From Andalucia godoyi And28 (lineage: Eukaryota > Protista > Jakobida): a stretch of DNA of 64,000 nucleotides. Shown here piece by piece: positions 53,701-62,584 of this stretch. The DNA lies in the NCBI GenBank assembly GCA_009859145.1, contig VRVR01000005.1, positions 88,745 through 152,744 on the forward strand. The letters run 5' to 3'. A program made the translations under genes and the position numbers. Each line of letters begins with the position of its first letter. Positions within the stretch are counted from its first letter, which is position 1. The notes under the pieces were generated by a model that ran no database searches, was not told the origin of the DNA, and was given only the letters and a program-made list of their open reading frames with translations.

Positions 53701-53703
53701 TGA
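47773..53703 (+). CDS. ASCC3: Activating signal cointegrator 1 complex subunit 3 (Slh1), tandem Ski2-like helicase
   Basis: Two helicase cassettes (APTGAGKT..DEVH; APTGSGKT..DEIH), each followed by a Sec63 domain. HYCPRMNAMNKP and ELPVRHNED motifs. Alternative ATG at 47743. Confidence 0.93.
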   Translation: MAKKRLYESSESANEQVFEELSVQTFTDAVALDAKVPDKEMLFLEEALKRFLRRVAELFSTSDAESSGNRKAARRIFDIYQRDPGNWVAEFAALHPQFSSDGNRRSVYFMEESLQQLGAWWMQNCPEAPEISVNSLQHFSPVPSLEELRQRCFLNEAFRVGANVPNRVDRGMLEELGEDLVNAVSAMLDQAKERKWNDNQKQSALFDVLGPELCIKFAETILKGGIPRKGEQRVKSDAELKTGLPSYAERSDHGTYVEVKIPIDPNLKKLTGAQRIPVSSLDEVGRQVFGHVESLNPIQSIVFDTAYNTNENMLICAPTGAGKTNIALLALTRALRFSGIGKQGVGNMFKAVYVAPMKALASEMCDAFQKRLGPLGLRVKEWTGDMQLTVHEVETTNVFVTTPEKWDVVTRKADASSPIIQNIRVMILDEVHLLHEERGPVIEAIVARTLRESERQQRVIRLVALSATLPNYRDVAEFLRVHPERGMFFFGAEFRPCPLSSSFYGVRQAANTAVTQRIMSQIAFDKCLEAIMSGKQVLVFVHSRRETVKTAETLRDLARKTGKVSMFLSKTPEDRNLYRLKAADAGNLLQDGFCVHHAGLLRSDRNVIEKAFLNGHCRVLVSTATLAWGVNLPAHAVVIKGTEVYDAERGGFVQLSMLDVLQMFGRAGRPQFDTFGSATLITSVDHLSQYVSMYGSNSMPIESKLHDKLEDHLNAEIVRGTVSSVREALGWLGYTFLAVRLRSNPMVYGSIGLYDMVHAAAKKLDECKMVRFSAEIGSLHSTDIGRVGAMYYITHETMRQFQEAVDSTLELSESSIIRLVSEAAEFKQLQSLKREDEAHELAELRGKYGEISDLDNKVAILLQCLFARARVKTFSLSSDMMYISQNAARIFRALFDMAVRRRRSTTAIRFLEYAICVDRQMWPWDHPLKQLLQLSEKSFVPDMVIDKLQDHSMDIQTIREMTAGDVGAMLNERRHGDAIWRAARRFPLLSISDVRVQPITRSILRVQVTLVPDWDRGRAVSGASRKNRGNVNLEPFWLWVEDPYQDVGSMIHVEPITFKDDMDSLDVRFTIPARDPLPSQYTLRIVSERWLKSEIVAPLNLNHVVLPSAETTMTDLLPVLPISISALHHDTFEKIYDVHRRSMHFFNPVQCQVFHNLYHTDENVLIGAPTGSGKTVMGELAIFKVLARRQKEICVYIAPLKALVKERLSEWKKMFAGVARVEELSGDVTPDARTLEVTDIIVTTPEKWDGISRNWTKRPYVRSVSLIIFDEIHMLGGDRGAILEVIVSRMRFMSWTLKKSVRFVGLSTALANPNDLATWLDIHPHRGLYNFRPTVRPVPVTVHIHSVPGRHYCPRMNAMNKPVFSAIREYSHGKPVLVFVSSRRQTRLTAQALISFAAYDEAPRLFVKEGAPADEVDAICATSIRDEALRDCLPFGVGLHHAGLSEQDRQIVERLFSECKITVLVSTSTLAWGVNLPAHMVVVKGTEFYDASTHSYVDMPITDVLQMIGRAGRPQFDTSAVAAVFCETSKKDFYQRFLYQPFPVESSLLSGSRIFEMSHSDYSPSQQKRQTLAEHLNAEIAADVLKTRQACIDYLSWTYLWRRLPQNPSFYGVQLHPDTGVPLTESFAEAIVEESLAFLLQHGCVEEYLEERKVMNDGPAQVSHPRLSPSATRRIRSTYLGRIASNYYTSPRTVFLFHSSFSNPTNEVLMDDLLLALSSSEEYAELPVRHNEDVENEKWAAEMKLQGREQVSDWLSPHVKTRLLLIAHMKRLDLPVPDYASDTKSVLDQAIRLLQSAVDIALGLDKVSGVLLVVKLTQMLMQGLHADSDARLQLSDSSPFHKSHRKLTFHELVYKFGDRERELAHFPRFNLSTSVGEGLKLKVRLERLSSLLPFAKLPRYPKQKQESFFVVVSQHNKIVGLRRAGLVAKVSEMEFQLPDCSNDVWTDPKEPIQIDVLSDSYYGLDLRTILSSRTPQ

Positions 53704-53953
53704 AGAACCTGTTTATATATATATATATATTTTCCTTGCGGACTAGCGTGCAAACGTAAACGTACAGAGGATTGAACGCCACGTCACCTCTTTTCTTTAT
53801 TTCCGTGTGTTTTCCTCTTGTTGGGGCTTTCTTTTGCATTTTGCTGTTTGGAGAATTGCGTTCAGCATTCGTTCCAGGACTCTGGCTCCTGTTGCCTTCT
53901 TAGAGTCAAAACGTCTTCATCTCTCCTGCCCCCGCGCTCTCCCAGGGATACAA

Positions 53954-54616
53954 ATGACGACGGCAAGGCTTTGCTTTGCTGTTTTGTTCCTTTTGTTTCT
54001 GCACTCAATCGATGCTAGATTGAGCGCGGACAAGCAGCATCGATGCGGGTCCTGTCGGGCAATGGCGGAAGAAATGGCCGAAGTGGTGGACCATAAAATC
54101 ACGGATCTGTCGTCCATTGATGTTGGTCATCGGCTCAAAGATCGAGGATACCACAAGTTACCGTACCGCGAATCGGCGGTGTTTGCGCACGATGTGCTGC
54201 ACGAGACATGCGCCGGGCTCAAACACTACGCCCGCTCGGGACCGCTGTATGTGAAGATCCAAGGACATCGGTTTGGGTCCGGGAGCGCGAGTGTGAATCT
54301 GACGAATGCGACTATTGACTCCAAGGTTGCTAAAGAACTGGAAAATCGATGCTACACTCTCGTGGAAGAATTCGAAGATGAAATCCTTGCGGTGCTCAAA
54401 GATGTTGTCTCACTGGCCGTTGCTCGGCAAAAGGAGGCCGAAAAGCTCGGGGAAAAGAGAGGGCCGCGCCTGGATCCCGATCATCTTTCGCTTCCGATCT
54501 GCAATGCGATCATTCACCAGGAATGCTGGACGGTTTATGTGCCAGAAAGCAGCGGGGAAGGCGAAAAGGAGAGAGGGAGGGAAAGCGATGCCCAGGAAGT
54601 CAAGTCCGATTTGTAA
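53954..54616 (+). CDS. Canopy/DUF3456 saposin-like ER-luminal protein
   Basis: Signal peptide; CGSC, an LHETC cysteine, C..LVEEFEDEI and a terminal IC...EC pair; C-terminal KSDL (KDEL-like). Confidence 0.8.
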   Translation: MTTARLCFAVLFLLFLHSIDARLSADKQHRCGSCRAMAEEMAEVVDHKITDLSSIDVGHRLKDRGYHKLPYRESAVFAHDVLHETCAGLKHYARSGPLYVKIQGHRFGSGSASVNLTNATIDSKVAKELENRCYTLVEEFEDEILAVLKDVVSLAVARQKEAEKLGEKRGPRLDPDHLSLPICNAIIHQECWTVYVPESSGEGEKERGRESDAQEVKSDL

Positions 54617-54934
54617 GTATTTACCCTCCAAACCCAAAACCTCTCCAAAAATTTGGCTCGGATGCTGCGCCTCAAGACAGATTTATTTGGCATAAAGTGA
54701 CTTTTACAATTAGCATCAGCGCCCATCATCAATTACAAGGAATCGGGTGTCAATATCCAACAGTGTTTCATTGGGCCTCGATCTTGCACACCTTCAGCCA
54801 TACTATCCGATGGTATATCACAGCCGTCCACCAGACGTTTGGGTTGGAGGGCTATAATGCAGCAATAGACAAGTAAGTAATGTAAATATATATATGCAGA
54901 GAAATACTGCAGAGAAGGAAGGGGTTCGTTTTAA

Positions 54935-57217
54935 TCAGGTTTCCTGGAGTTCGACGAGAAGAGTGGCTTTTCGTCGAAGCTGCTCGAGGAACAGGCGGTC
55001 TTTTTCTTCGTCTTGATTGGACGCATTGGCGACAAATTCTTTGCTCTTGATGTTCTTTTCGTTGCGGCGTGCTTCTTTGCGCAAACCAACAATCTTTTCA
55101 CGGCGGTCATCGACTGCCGGGTCAGGAGACTTTGTTGGGCTGTCCATCAGACCACCATTTGAGCTTGAACTCGCATTCATGTTGCCGTTGCCATTCGAGT
55201 GGGAGCTTGGACTGACAGTATAGGAGTAAGAATGTCCAGGAGAACTGGACTTTGACAGGTTCCTTCTCTTTTTCTCCAGGTTTTCGTTCACAAGCACGTG
55301 CAGGAAATCGACTGCAGCCTTCTTCGCAGCAAGTTCCTTGACTCGGGTTTCTTGTTCGTACTGAATGCGCCGCTCGAGTCGGTCGCAAAACAGTGGTCGA
55401 AGCACGGGAGGAGATTTGTGGATCGCCGCTCGAGAACGACCGGCGCTGTTGTCTTTGTTTGGTGAGGAATAAGCAGGATCCGTCGTGGAGGCTTCATGAC
55501 CTGGGTGAGTTGTGGGTCGACGGACCTGCTGCGTACCTTTTTTTCGCTTTTCAGTTGAAAGTCGAGTCTTTGGATCCATCTGCTCACGCTCAATGCGCTC
55601 TTCAATTTCCCTCCGCTTTTCATCCGACACAACAAGCTTGACGCGGTCACGCAAATGCGCAGCATACTCGAGCATCTTTTTCTTTTGTGCAAGATGCTCC
55701 TCCTTGATCCGCTTCAGACGTTCACGGGACTGCCGGTCTTCTTCCACAACACTATCACGAACCTTGGACACATATCCCGGAGATGCCGCGTATGTTGTGG
55801 GAGGAGGAATCGCTCCTGAACCGGACTTTATCGGCGATACCTCTTCACGAGCCCGAGCGCGGACTTGATGTGCTTCTGCACGAAGTTGCTTCACCTTCTC
55901 TTCATGTGCCTTGAGTTCGGCAACGAGATCTGTCGGCTTGTAAATCTCATGGATCGACTGCAGGATTTCCGCTTCACGCTGCCGCTCCGCATCCAGTACT
56001 TCTCGTCGGTACCGTTCTTCGATTGTTTCAAACCGTGGCTTCTCTCGCAGATACTTGTATGCATGGGATTCGCGCAGAACGCGCTCTCGTTCTTCCGCAC
56101 GAGCTCTGCGAATTTCTTCGGCTTCTTGAGCAGATCGACGACGCTCTTCTTCTCGGCGGCGCAGCTCCTCCTGTCTCTGTAACCGGAGCTGATCATCACG
56201 CTCTTGCATTTCCTGCATATCACGCATTCGCTGTTCCTCTTCTGCTGTTCTGCGGCGCCGATCACGCTCTTCCTGGCCCTCACGCCAACGTCGAACACGC
56301 TCAAGATGCTCTTTACGCGAAGCTTCATCCATCTGGTCAAGTGCCGGAACAGCATTGGCAGGCCGAGACGCCGGGGACTTTCCACCAGGGCTGTTTCCAA
56401 CACCAGCAACAGCACCACCGGGAGTAGCTGCCGATGCCGATGCCGATTCATCGGAAAGTTTCCGACTCTTCTTTGTCTCCTTTCGGGGAGGAGTGCTTGC
56501 ATCGGCCACGTGATCGCTCTGGTCTCCACTCTTTTCTTCACGAACATGCGTCGTCGCAGGGGAATTCGAATTCGCAGTCTCCGATTCCGACACGGGAACT
56601 GGCAGAGACGCTGGGGCTGGATCCGGTTTCATAGAGGGCTCGGGAGCGGAGGCGGCTGGAGCAGCTGCAGCTGCTGGGGCTGGGGCTGGGGCTGGGGCTG
56701 GGGCTGGGGCTGGGGCTGGGGCTGGGGCTGGGGCTGGGGCTGGGGCTGGGGCTGGGGCTGGGGCTGGAGAAGTCGATCGACTGGGAGCAGGAGAGGTCTT
56801 CTTTGAACCGCCAGGGCTTGTAGAGGGACTCTTCGACTTTGCTCCTCCCTTCTCCGACTGCTGCGCTGGTTTTTCCTTTTCTTTTTCTTTTTCTTTTTCT
56901 TTTTCTTTTTCTTTTTGTTCTTCTATGACGGGGGGTTGGTTTGAAGGAGCTTCAGGAGTCGGAGGATCCTTCGTTTCAACTGCAGGTGCAGCTTCTTCCG
57001 GGGCCTTTCCTGATTCGGAAGATGCAGAAGCTTCCTTTGGAGCCGAGGATGTGGAACCCTGGGTGGGAGATGCCGGTCGAGAATTGGTAAACGACGTCTT
57101 TTTCGACAACGCGTCCGACGGGGCTTCCGCTGACGGAGGCTGAGGATCACCTGCTGTGGTGGCGGCGGCGGTTGATGGTGGCGCAGTACCTTCGGAAGGT
57201 GTATTGCTGTCGGCCAT
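54935..57217 (-). CDS. Hypothetical protein with a P/A/S-rich N-terminus and charged coiled coil
   Basis: Long ORF, first ATG at 57217. Contains (EK)n and (PA)n repeats and an R/E-rich coiled coil with KP.F..IEE.Y...E.EIL..I.E.YKP. Confidence 0.8.
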   Translation of the reverse strand: MADSNTPSEGTAPPSTAAATTAGDPQPPSAEAPSDALSKKTSFTNSRPASPTQGSTSSAPKEASASSESGKAPEEAAPAVETKDPPTPEAPSNQPPVIEEQKEKEKEKEKEKEKEKPAQQSEKGGAKSKSPSTSPGGSKKTSPAPSRSTSPAPAPAPAPAPAPAPAPAPAPAPAPAPAPAPAAAAAPAASAPEPSMKPDPAPASLPVPVSESETANSNSPATTHVREEKSGDQSDHVADASTPPRKETKKSRKLSDESASASAATPGGAVAGVGNSPGGKSPASRPANAVPALDQMDEASRKEHLERVRRWREGQEERDRRRRTAEEEQRMRDMQEMQERDDQLRLQRQEELRRREEERRRSAQEAEEIRRARAEERERVLRESHAYKYLREKPRFETIEERYRREVLDAERQREAEILQSIHEIYKPTDLVAELKAHEEKVKQLRAEAHQVRARAREEVSPIKSGSGAIPPPTTYAASPGYVSKVRDSVVEEDRQSRERLKRIKEEHLAQKKKMLEYAAHLRDRVKLVVSDEKRREIEERIEREQMDPKTRLSTEKRKKGTQQVRRPTTHPGHEASTTDPAYSSPNKDNSAGRSRAAIHKSPPVLRPLFCDRLERRIQYEQETRVKELAAKKAAVDFLHVLVNENLEKKRRNLSKSSSPGHSYSYTVSPSSHSNGNGNMNASSSSNGGLMDSPTKSPDPAVDDRREKIVGLRKEARRNEKNIKSKEFVANASNQDEEKDRLFLEQLRRKATLLVELQET
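56674..56763. repeat. (CTGGGG) hexamer repeat, about 15 copies, encoding Pro-Ala
   Basis: Perfect hexamer run inside the minus-strand CDS. Confidence 0.95.
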
Positions 57218-58252
57218 TTGAAGACTTGGAGTAGCTCGAATGCAGAAAGAGGATATGCTTAGATGAGCGTTGTTCCTATCGTATGCGCCAAAAAAAAGTA
57301 CTTCAAAGTAGTTTTCAAGCAATAACGCCACTGAGACTGTGGTAAAAGGGGCGGAACACTTGGACCGTTATTTCAGGAGAAAGAGTAAATAAGGAGGAGA
57401 GAAAGAAGAAGAAGAAGAAAAAATACTATATCCAGTAATTGTAGAAACACTAATTATAAAGACAGTATGAATGAATAATAAAACAGCTCGAGAACGGAAA
57501 AGAGAAGAAGAAGAAAAAACAAAACAACAACAACAAAACGGAAACGGAAAAACGGATGAGACGAACCTCGATGTCCTCTTTTCCAGAAGCGTGTACTTTC
57601 AACGACGAAAAGATCTTTTTGGACCTCTGCAATTCGGTACCGACATTAGAGCCGCCCAATCCAAACGTTTGCAATCAAATGTCTCTCTGATGGTTACAGG
57701 TCCACCTACACAGCCGTTGGAAGTGCTGAGGAAAAGAACAGTCAACATCCGTCAAGCACCTCCGGTACGACCAGATGGGGCCACTCTGAGCAAAGACCAG
57801 TCTGTCGAATCAAAAGAAAAAGGCAGAAAAAGCAACAGGGACGTAACAAGACGATATCTACGCATCCGAGGTTCAGACTGAGGGTTTCATTTGTGCATTG
57901 CAGTCTGCAGCGCTTTGCAAGCACTGGCAGAAAAGACGCATGTCGAATGCCATGCCGAATGTCAAAGGATGACGATCTGCTGGCTGTACCACACAAATCC
58001 ACTGTAGTTCACTCTCTCTGCGCATTTCTGCTGGGTTCTCTGTTACTACTACCCATTACCATTACCAAGAGGCAATTCTGAACATATGGAACGTTCACAA
58101 CAAGATCTCTGCGTATTTCCAAAAAATCGTCGCTTTTGGCGGTCTCCCTGCAGAGTTGTGTTTCTTGATTAATTACATCATAAAATCGTCATTCATTTCA
58201 GGTGTTCTTTCATGTTTTTTTTTTTTTGTGTGCGCTGCTGGTGCGCACTTAG

Positions 58253-58831
58253 GTGCAGCAGCATGCGTTTGTGCCAAAGAATTGCTTCCGGAAGCGTAAA
58301 CTGAAAGTTGCTACTTCCGTGGCGGGCATCTTGCCGATCATGCACAACCGTCTATGCATCCAAGTATTCGATTTCGTGCTATCTTCTGTTCGAAACAACG
58401 AGCGTAGCGCCGCTACTGCTCCATCTACGCAAGACACATGTTGGACATTTGCGTGCGCTGCTCTTTAAAGGAAGCGAGACTCGTCGGGGAAATGTTGAAC
58501 GATTTGTGGGGGATCTTCGGGCCACCGGAGATTTTGCAGTCTGACAACGGGGAAAGAATTCACTGCTGAGGTAATACGACTTGTCGCTGCGGCGTGGGCC
58601 CCGAAAACAATTGCTGTAATCAACGGCTCCCCGTATCACCCTGAAAGCCAAGGCTCCGTGGAAAACGCAAATAAGGTAGTCACCTACCGTCTACGAGCAT
58701 TGGTGGCGGCAACCGGCAGAACCACCGATTGGCCACTTTGGCTGCCAAGCATTGCTTATTCAATCAACTGCGCTGTAAGCGAGGCAACTAACGAGACGCC
58801 GTACCGATTTGTGTTTGGAACCAGTCCTCGA
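58253..58831 (+). pseudogene. Frameshifted rve/DDE integrase core
   Basis: ILPI...IQVFDF...QDTCWTFACAAL / KEARLVGEMLNDLWGIFGPPEILQSDNG / KEFTAEVI...W...INGSPYHPESQGSVENAN...W..WLP.IAYSIN......NETPYRFVFG. Frame breaks at about 58466 and 58549-58552. Confidence 0.85.
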
Positions 58832-59084
58832 ACACTCTATCCAGAGCTTCTCCCGACTGAATACAAAGGAAAAACTCGCAACAGGAAACCTGGCAGAGGA
58901 CTCCCTATCTGCACACGAGCGAAGTCTTTTGGGGCTGCCGAAAAGGAATGGAGAGCCTCTGCCACAGCGAAACAGCACGATGGCAGCACTCGCGCTGCAA
59001 GTGGAGAGGACCAGTCAGGCCTTGCGCACACCTGACATCCAGAGCACACTGAACAGCACCATCGGGCGTGGAGCAGTCGTCAGT

Positions 59085-59616
59085 TATTCCAACAGAAACA
59101 ACAGCTGCTCCATCGACTGTGCTCTGCAGATATTGTACGTCGGGGTTCTGGCATGTTCTTGGACTAAGCTTGCGAGTACCCATTCAACAAATCGAGGAGT
59201 CGCTGCGGAAGATGTGCGGCTGCGACGGAAAGAACGCAGGGCAGAAACACGTTCTGCACATAGACCGACTTCCATGCATTTTATGTGCTCACGTCGTCGG
59301 CCAAGCAAATGATCCGAATGCATCTGGGCAGGCCACCATTCCATTGGATACGATGGAAACAATTTCCCTTCCGGGGATTGAAGAAGAATCGGCTTACGAC
59401 ATTGGGGGAGTAGTGTTGGCAAACAATGCCCACTTTATCTGTTGCTATCGACAAGAAGGGGTCGTCTACTTTTTCGATGACCTAGCAAGACCCCCAATCC
59501 AACAGGTGCTGCCGAACACCTCAAGAAGAAGCAGCTTCGCAGAAAGCCTGAGCACGGTGCTGCAAGCGCATCCCCAGTACCACGTCGCGATCATAATCTG
59601 CTTTCGAAGACAGTGA
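59085..59616 (+). pseudogene. Compact USP/CYLD-like cysteine protease domain, frameshifted
   Basis: Cys box YSNRNNSCSIDCALQIL (Cys codon 59106-59108). After a frame change near 59145: IDRLPCILCAHV and His box YDIGGVVLANNAHFICCYRQEGVVYFFDD (His 59431-59433, Asp 59476-59478). Confidence 0.65.
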
Positions 59617-59660
59617 GACAGCCTGGAGTTGTATGCGCAACCGAAGAATAGGGAAATCCG

Positions 59661-60005
59661 ATGGATTCATACAAGGTCCTCTTTGAAGGAAAGCTAGTTG
59701 AGCCTGCGATGAAGTCTTCTGCTCTCGTGGCACTTACTCCCAAAGGAACAACAAACCAAGATGCGCAACTCCGAGCCATGTTCCAAAAATACCAAAGCCA
59801 AGAGACAGTGGAAACGATATCCGTCTCCGAAGCTGGGATGAAGCATTCAACGGGTGTCGAGCCAATATTGTCAAACGACGGACCGCGCTTCTGTAACTGT
59901 AGGAGAGCGAAAAAGAAATGCTCCAACTCACACTGTCCATGCATCAAGAACAACCGTCGGTGCACCGCCCTGTGCCACGAAGGCGACTCGTGCGCGAATG
60001 GGTGA
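59661..60005 (+). pseudogene. C-terminal CXC-like zinc finger fragment of the element
   Basis: CNCRRAKKKCSNSHCPCIKNNRRCTALCHEGDSCAN followed by a stop, resembling the Cys-rich tail of SCAND3/KRBA2-like transposases. Confidence 0.65.
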
Positions 60006-60452
60006 CCGAAGGTGGCCATCATGAGAATGATGAGTGCTGCACATATCCTCTTTGCTCAACGACTGCGCACACGCTGCATCTCGCCCTTCCCTCGACATTC
60101 TGACATGCTGGGACTTCTGCGACAGCGCGAGGAGCAGAATACTTGTCATTGAGAACCTACATCGATAAAAAAAAGAGGGAGAACACGCGCAAAGCTTCCA
60201 ACATAATCAAAGCACGAGTTCGCATGAAAATCGACTTGGGTCGTCCGGCCAGGCGAACTCGAGTTCACATTGTATGCCAACTCGAGTTCGCCTAAAATCG
60301 ACTTTGAATCGTAACAGAAAACCGTTGGAGGGGCTTTGGAGTTTTCACATCCGCAAGTGCTGCCAAACTCGATTTTCTTTTTTGCTGGCGCTATTGCTTG
60401 GACGACTGGGGAACTTACGCAAAAAAGACAGAACAAACAGAACAACGCAATC

Positions 60453-61962
60453 ATGGACCAGGATTACGCGGTCGTTGCTGGGTCTATAACGGATGATTTG
60501 GTATCGAAGTCGTTGGATGCAATTGTTGAAAACGAGTATCGATCTCGAGTCGTTCCATTTTTAGTTCAGTCACTTACGGAAGAAATTCTCTCTGCGCTTT
60601 CAATGTCGTTTCTTCCGTGCGAAGGTCCACTTTCCTCAACTCCAACTTGGAACCTTATCGACGAGGAGCCAAGTACGGTGCTTATCGACTCATGGGCTCG
60701 TGGTGCACTTCCTGTTCGAACCAAACCCAAACCCAGCACTCCAGTATGTTTTCGTTTACAATTGCTAATTGAGAGTTGCCGTGTTTTTTTTTCTAATTAT
60801 TTTTACTGGGGATTAGCCGACTCTTTTGGAAAGTTCATCAAGAGCTCGAACTCCGATTTCGGGTGGTCGTCCTACAAGGACGCCAAGTCCGTCATCGATG
60901 GATGTCACTCGTCAGAACAATGCATTACTGAACAGTTCACTGAATGGCAGCAATCATAATAATAACGGTAATGGTAGTAATCGTGGTGGCGTTGGTGGTA
61001 GCAGTGGCAGTGGCAGTGGCAATGGTAAGAACAATAATAATACACAGTCGTTGAGGAAATCTGCCATTGAAAAATCGTCTATGAACAGCGCAAAGAACGG
61101 AAAGACAGGCGATGGCGATCGGTTGCGGTCTTTGCTTCCGTCTGGGGAAACGCCCGAAATTCCTGCCCATCTGAAAGGGAAGGATTATACATACGATCAC
61201 CAAGGCCGAATTGTGGAGATTGCGAATGTGGATGTGGAGAAACTTCCGTCGTCAGTTGTGAATCCAAAGATCCAGATCAAGAACGCGGAGGATGCAAGTG
61301 CTGCGGATGACGCGAATGCCCTCGGGAAACGGTCTCGGACGTCCGGAGCGAATGCATCTTCTGCTTCGATTACGCAAAAAAAGAAGCTCGCGGCTGCCCA
61401 GTCGTCCGTTGTGAAGTCTGAAGGCGCAAAGTTTGTCGAGCCAGTCGAACCGCTGCCGGGCGTTGTGATCCGTGATGGCGGAACCACCAAGGTTGGACCG
61501 CCAAAGGAGAAGGACAAGTACCACATGACCCGAAAGGACTACCTCAGTACTACCGCGGTTGTCAACCAGCAAATCACAAGGACGATGAAGGAGCGGCAGA
61601 CTGCGACAGCAAAACATCACCAGACTCTTGCATCGTTGCCTGCAAGCGCACAGGCGCAGCCGGGAGCGCAGCAGCCCCATCAGCAGCAGCAGGGCTCTTC
61701 TGCGTTCCAGGATGGCGCAAGAGGAAGTTCTGGAGGCCAGCTTGGGGCACTGAGAGCTGTGCCGGCGGTCAAATCGAGGAAGGATCGGTCCGTGTTTGCT
61801 CCGTATGCGTCATCAGGAGACGAGTTTGCACTCATGAGAAAACAGGCGTCGCTAATGAGAGCCGCTATGGATGGAAGTGTGCCTTCGAAGCCAACTCCGG
61901 CGCAAGACAGAACAATTGTTGCAAACATGAAGCTTGCACAAGATATTATGAACAACTCGTAA
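60453..61962 (+). CDS. C2orf81/DUF4639-like protein with a long disordered C-terminus; 2 exons (60453-60743, 60817-61962)
   Basis: Motif W.LIDEEPSTVLIDSWARGALPV. Intron 60744-60816 (GTATGT, branch-like TTCTAAT, ATTAG) is phase 0 and joins the two ORFs. Confidence 0.75.
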
Positions 61963-62584
61963 TGCAGCATTCGTGCTGTTTTTCCTTCTGAGACTGTAAA
62001 TATCTGCGAGCCTCTTGCTACCGTTAACACCTTTTGAACTGTTCGTATCGTGTTTTATTTCGTTTTCTCATCGCCCCCGTCAGGTTAGAACCAAATAAAA
62101 ACGAAGTCTCCCTCTCCTTTACCACGTGGGACCGCTTCCAATTCGGAACCGCTACAGTGCTCCGACGTCCAGCGTGTCCAGCGATGGCTGATCGCGACTG
62201 TGACGGTGCGCGCAATATCTCTTTTGAAGAACACGGTGCGCATGCACTTGTGCGTGTTGGGGTCTGCCCCCGTAGACTGCTGATTATCGCAGGATCGATT
62301 GTCATGCAGCACGGCAATTACTGTACCAAGGAGAGCCAACTGGTACTGATGCAGTGCATCGCAGGCATGTGTCGTTTCAGTGACGTGCTGGAGAACAGCA
62401 AAATGCAAATAAACCGAATCCACAATTTTTAGCGAGGCATTTCCGATAGCACAGCAATTTACATGGCAATGCCCTTGCCTTACTTCTCATTCCCCCTAGT
62501 ATGTTGTTATCAACAGATAATCACATTCACACTATGAAATTATGTCACTCTCCTTTTTGTTCCAGCGTCCTTGCACGCGGAGAA

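Larger units (their letters stand above)
58253..60005 (+). mobile_element. Degenerate integrase-type DNA transposon (Ginger/KRBA2-SCAND3-like) with a USP-like domain and CXC finger; boundaries undefined
   Basis: An integrase core, USP Cys/His boxes and a Cys-rich terminal domain are collinear on the + strand, broken by at least four frame changes. No clear terminal inverted repeats. Confidence 0.75.

Noticed and set aside
59631-59651. 21-nt GTATGC..AATAG mini-intron that would remove a stop upstream of the CXC ORF
   Set aside because: Far shorter than the other introns here (73 nt or more), has no branch site and would not join the USP frame.
58228-60072. 8-bp inverted match GTGTGCGC (58228) and GCGCACAC (60065-60072) as terminal inverted repeats
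   Set aside because: Too short, does not extend and has no target-site duplication.
60146-60454. 102-aa minus-strand ORF with a signal-peptide-like start
   Set aside because: Its ATG overlaps the ATG of the better-supported plus-strand gene, and the hydrophobic start derives from A-rich 5' spacer sequence.
62024-62490. Overlapping 97-132-aa ORFs and a GTAAGG..CTCCAG intron-like pair downstream of VPS4
   Set aside because: Splicing gives immediate stops in every ATG-linked frame; at most a 3'UTR intron.
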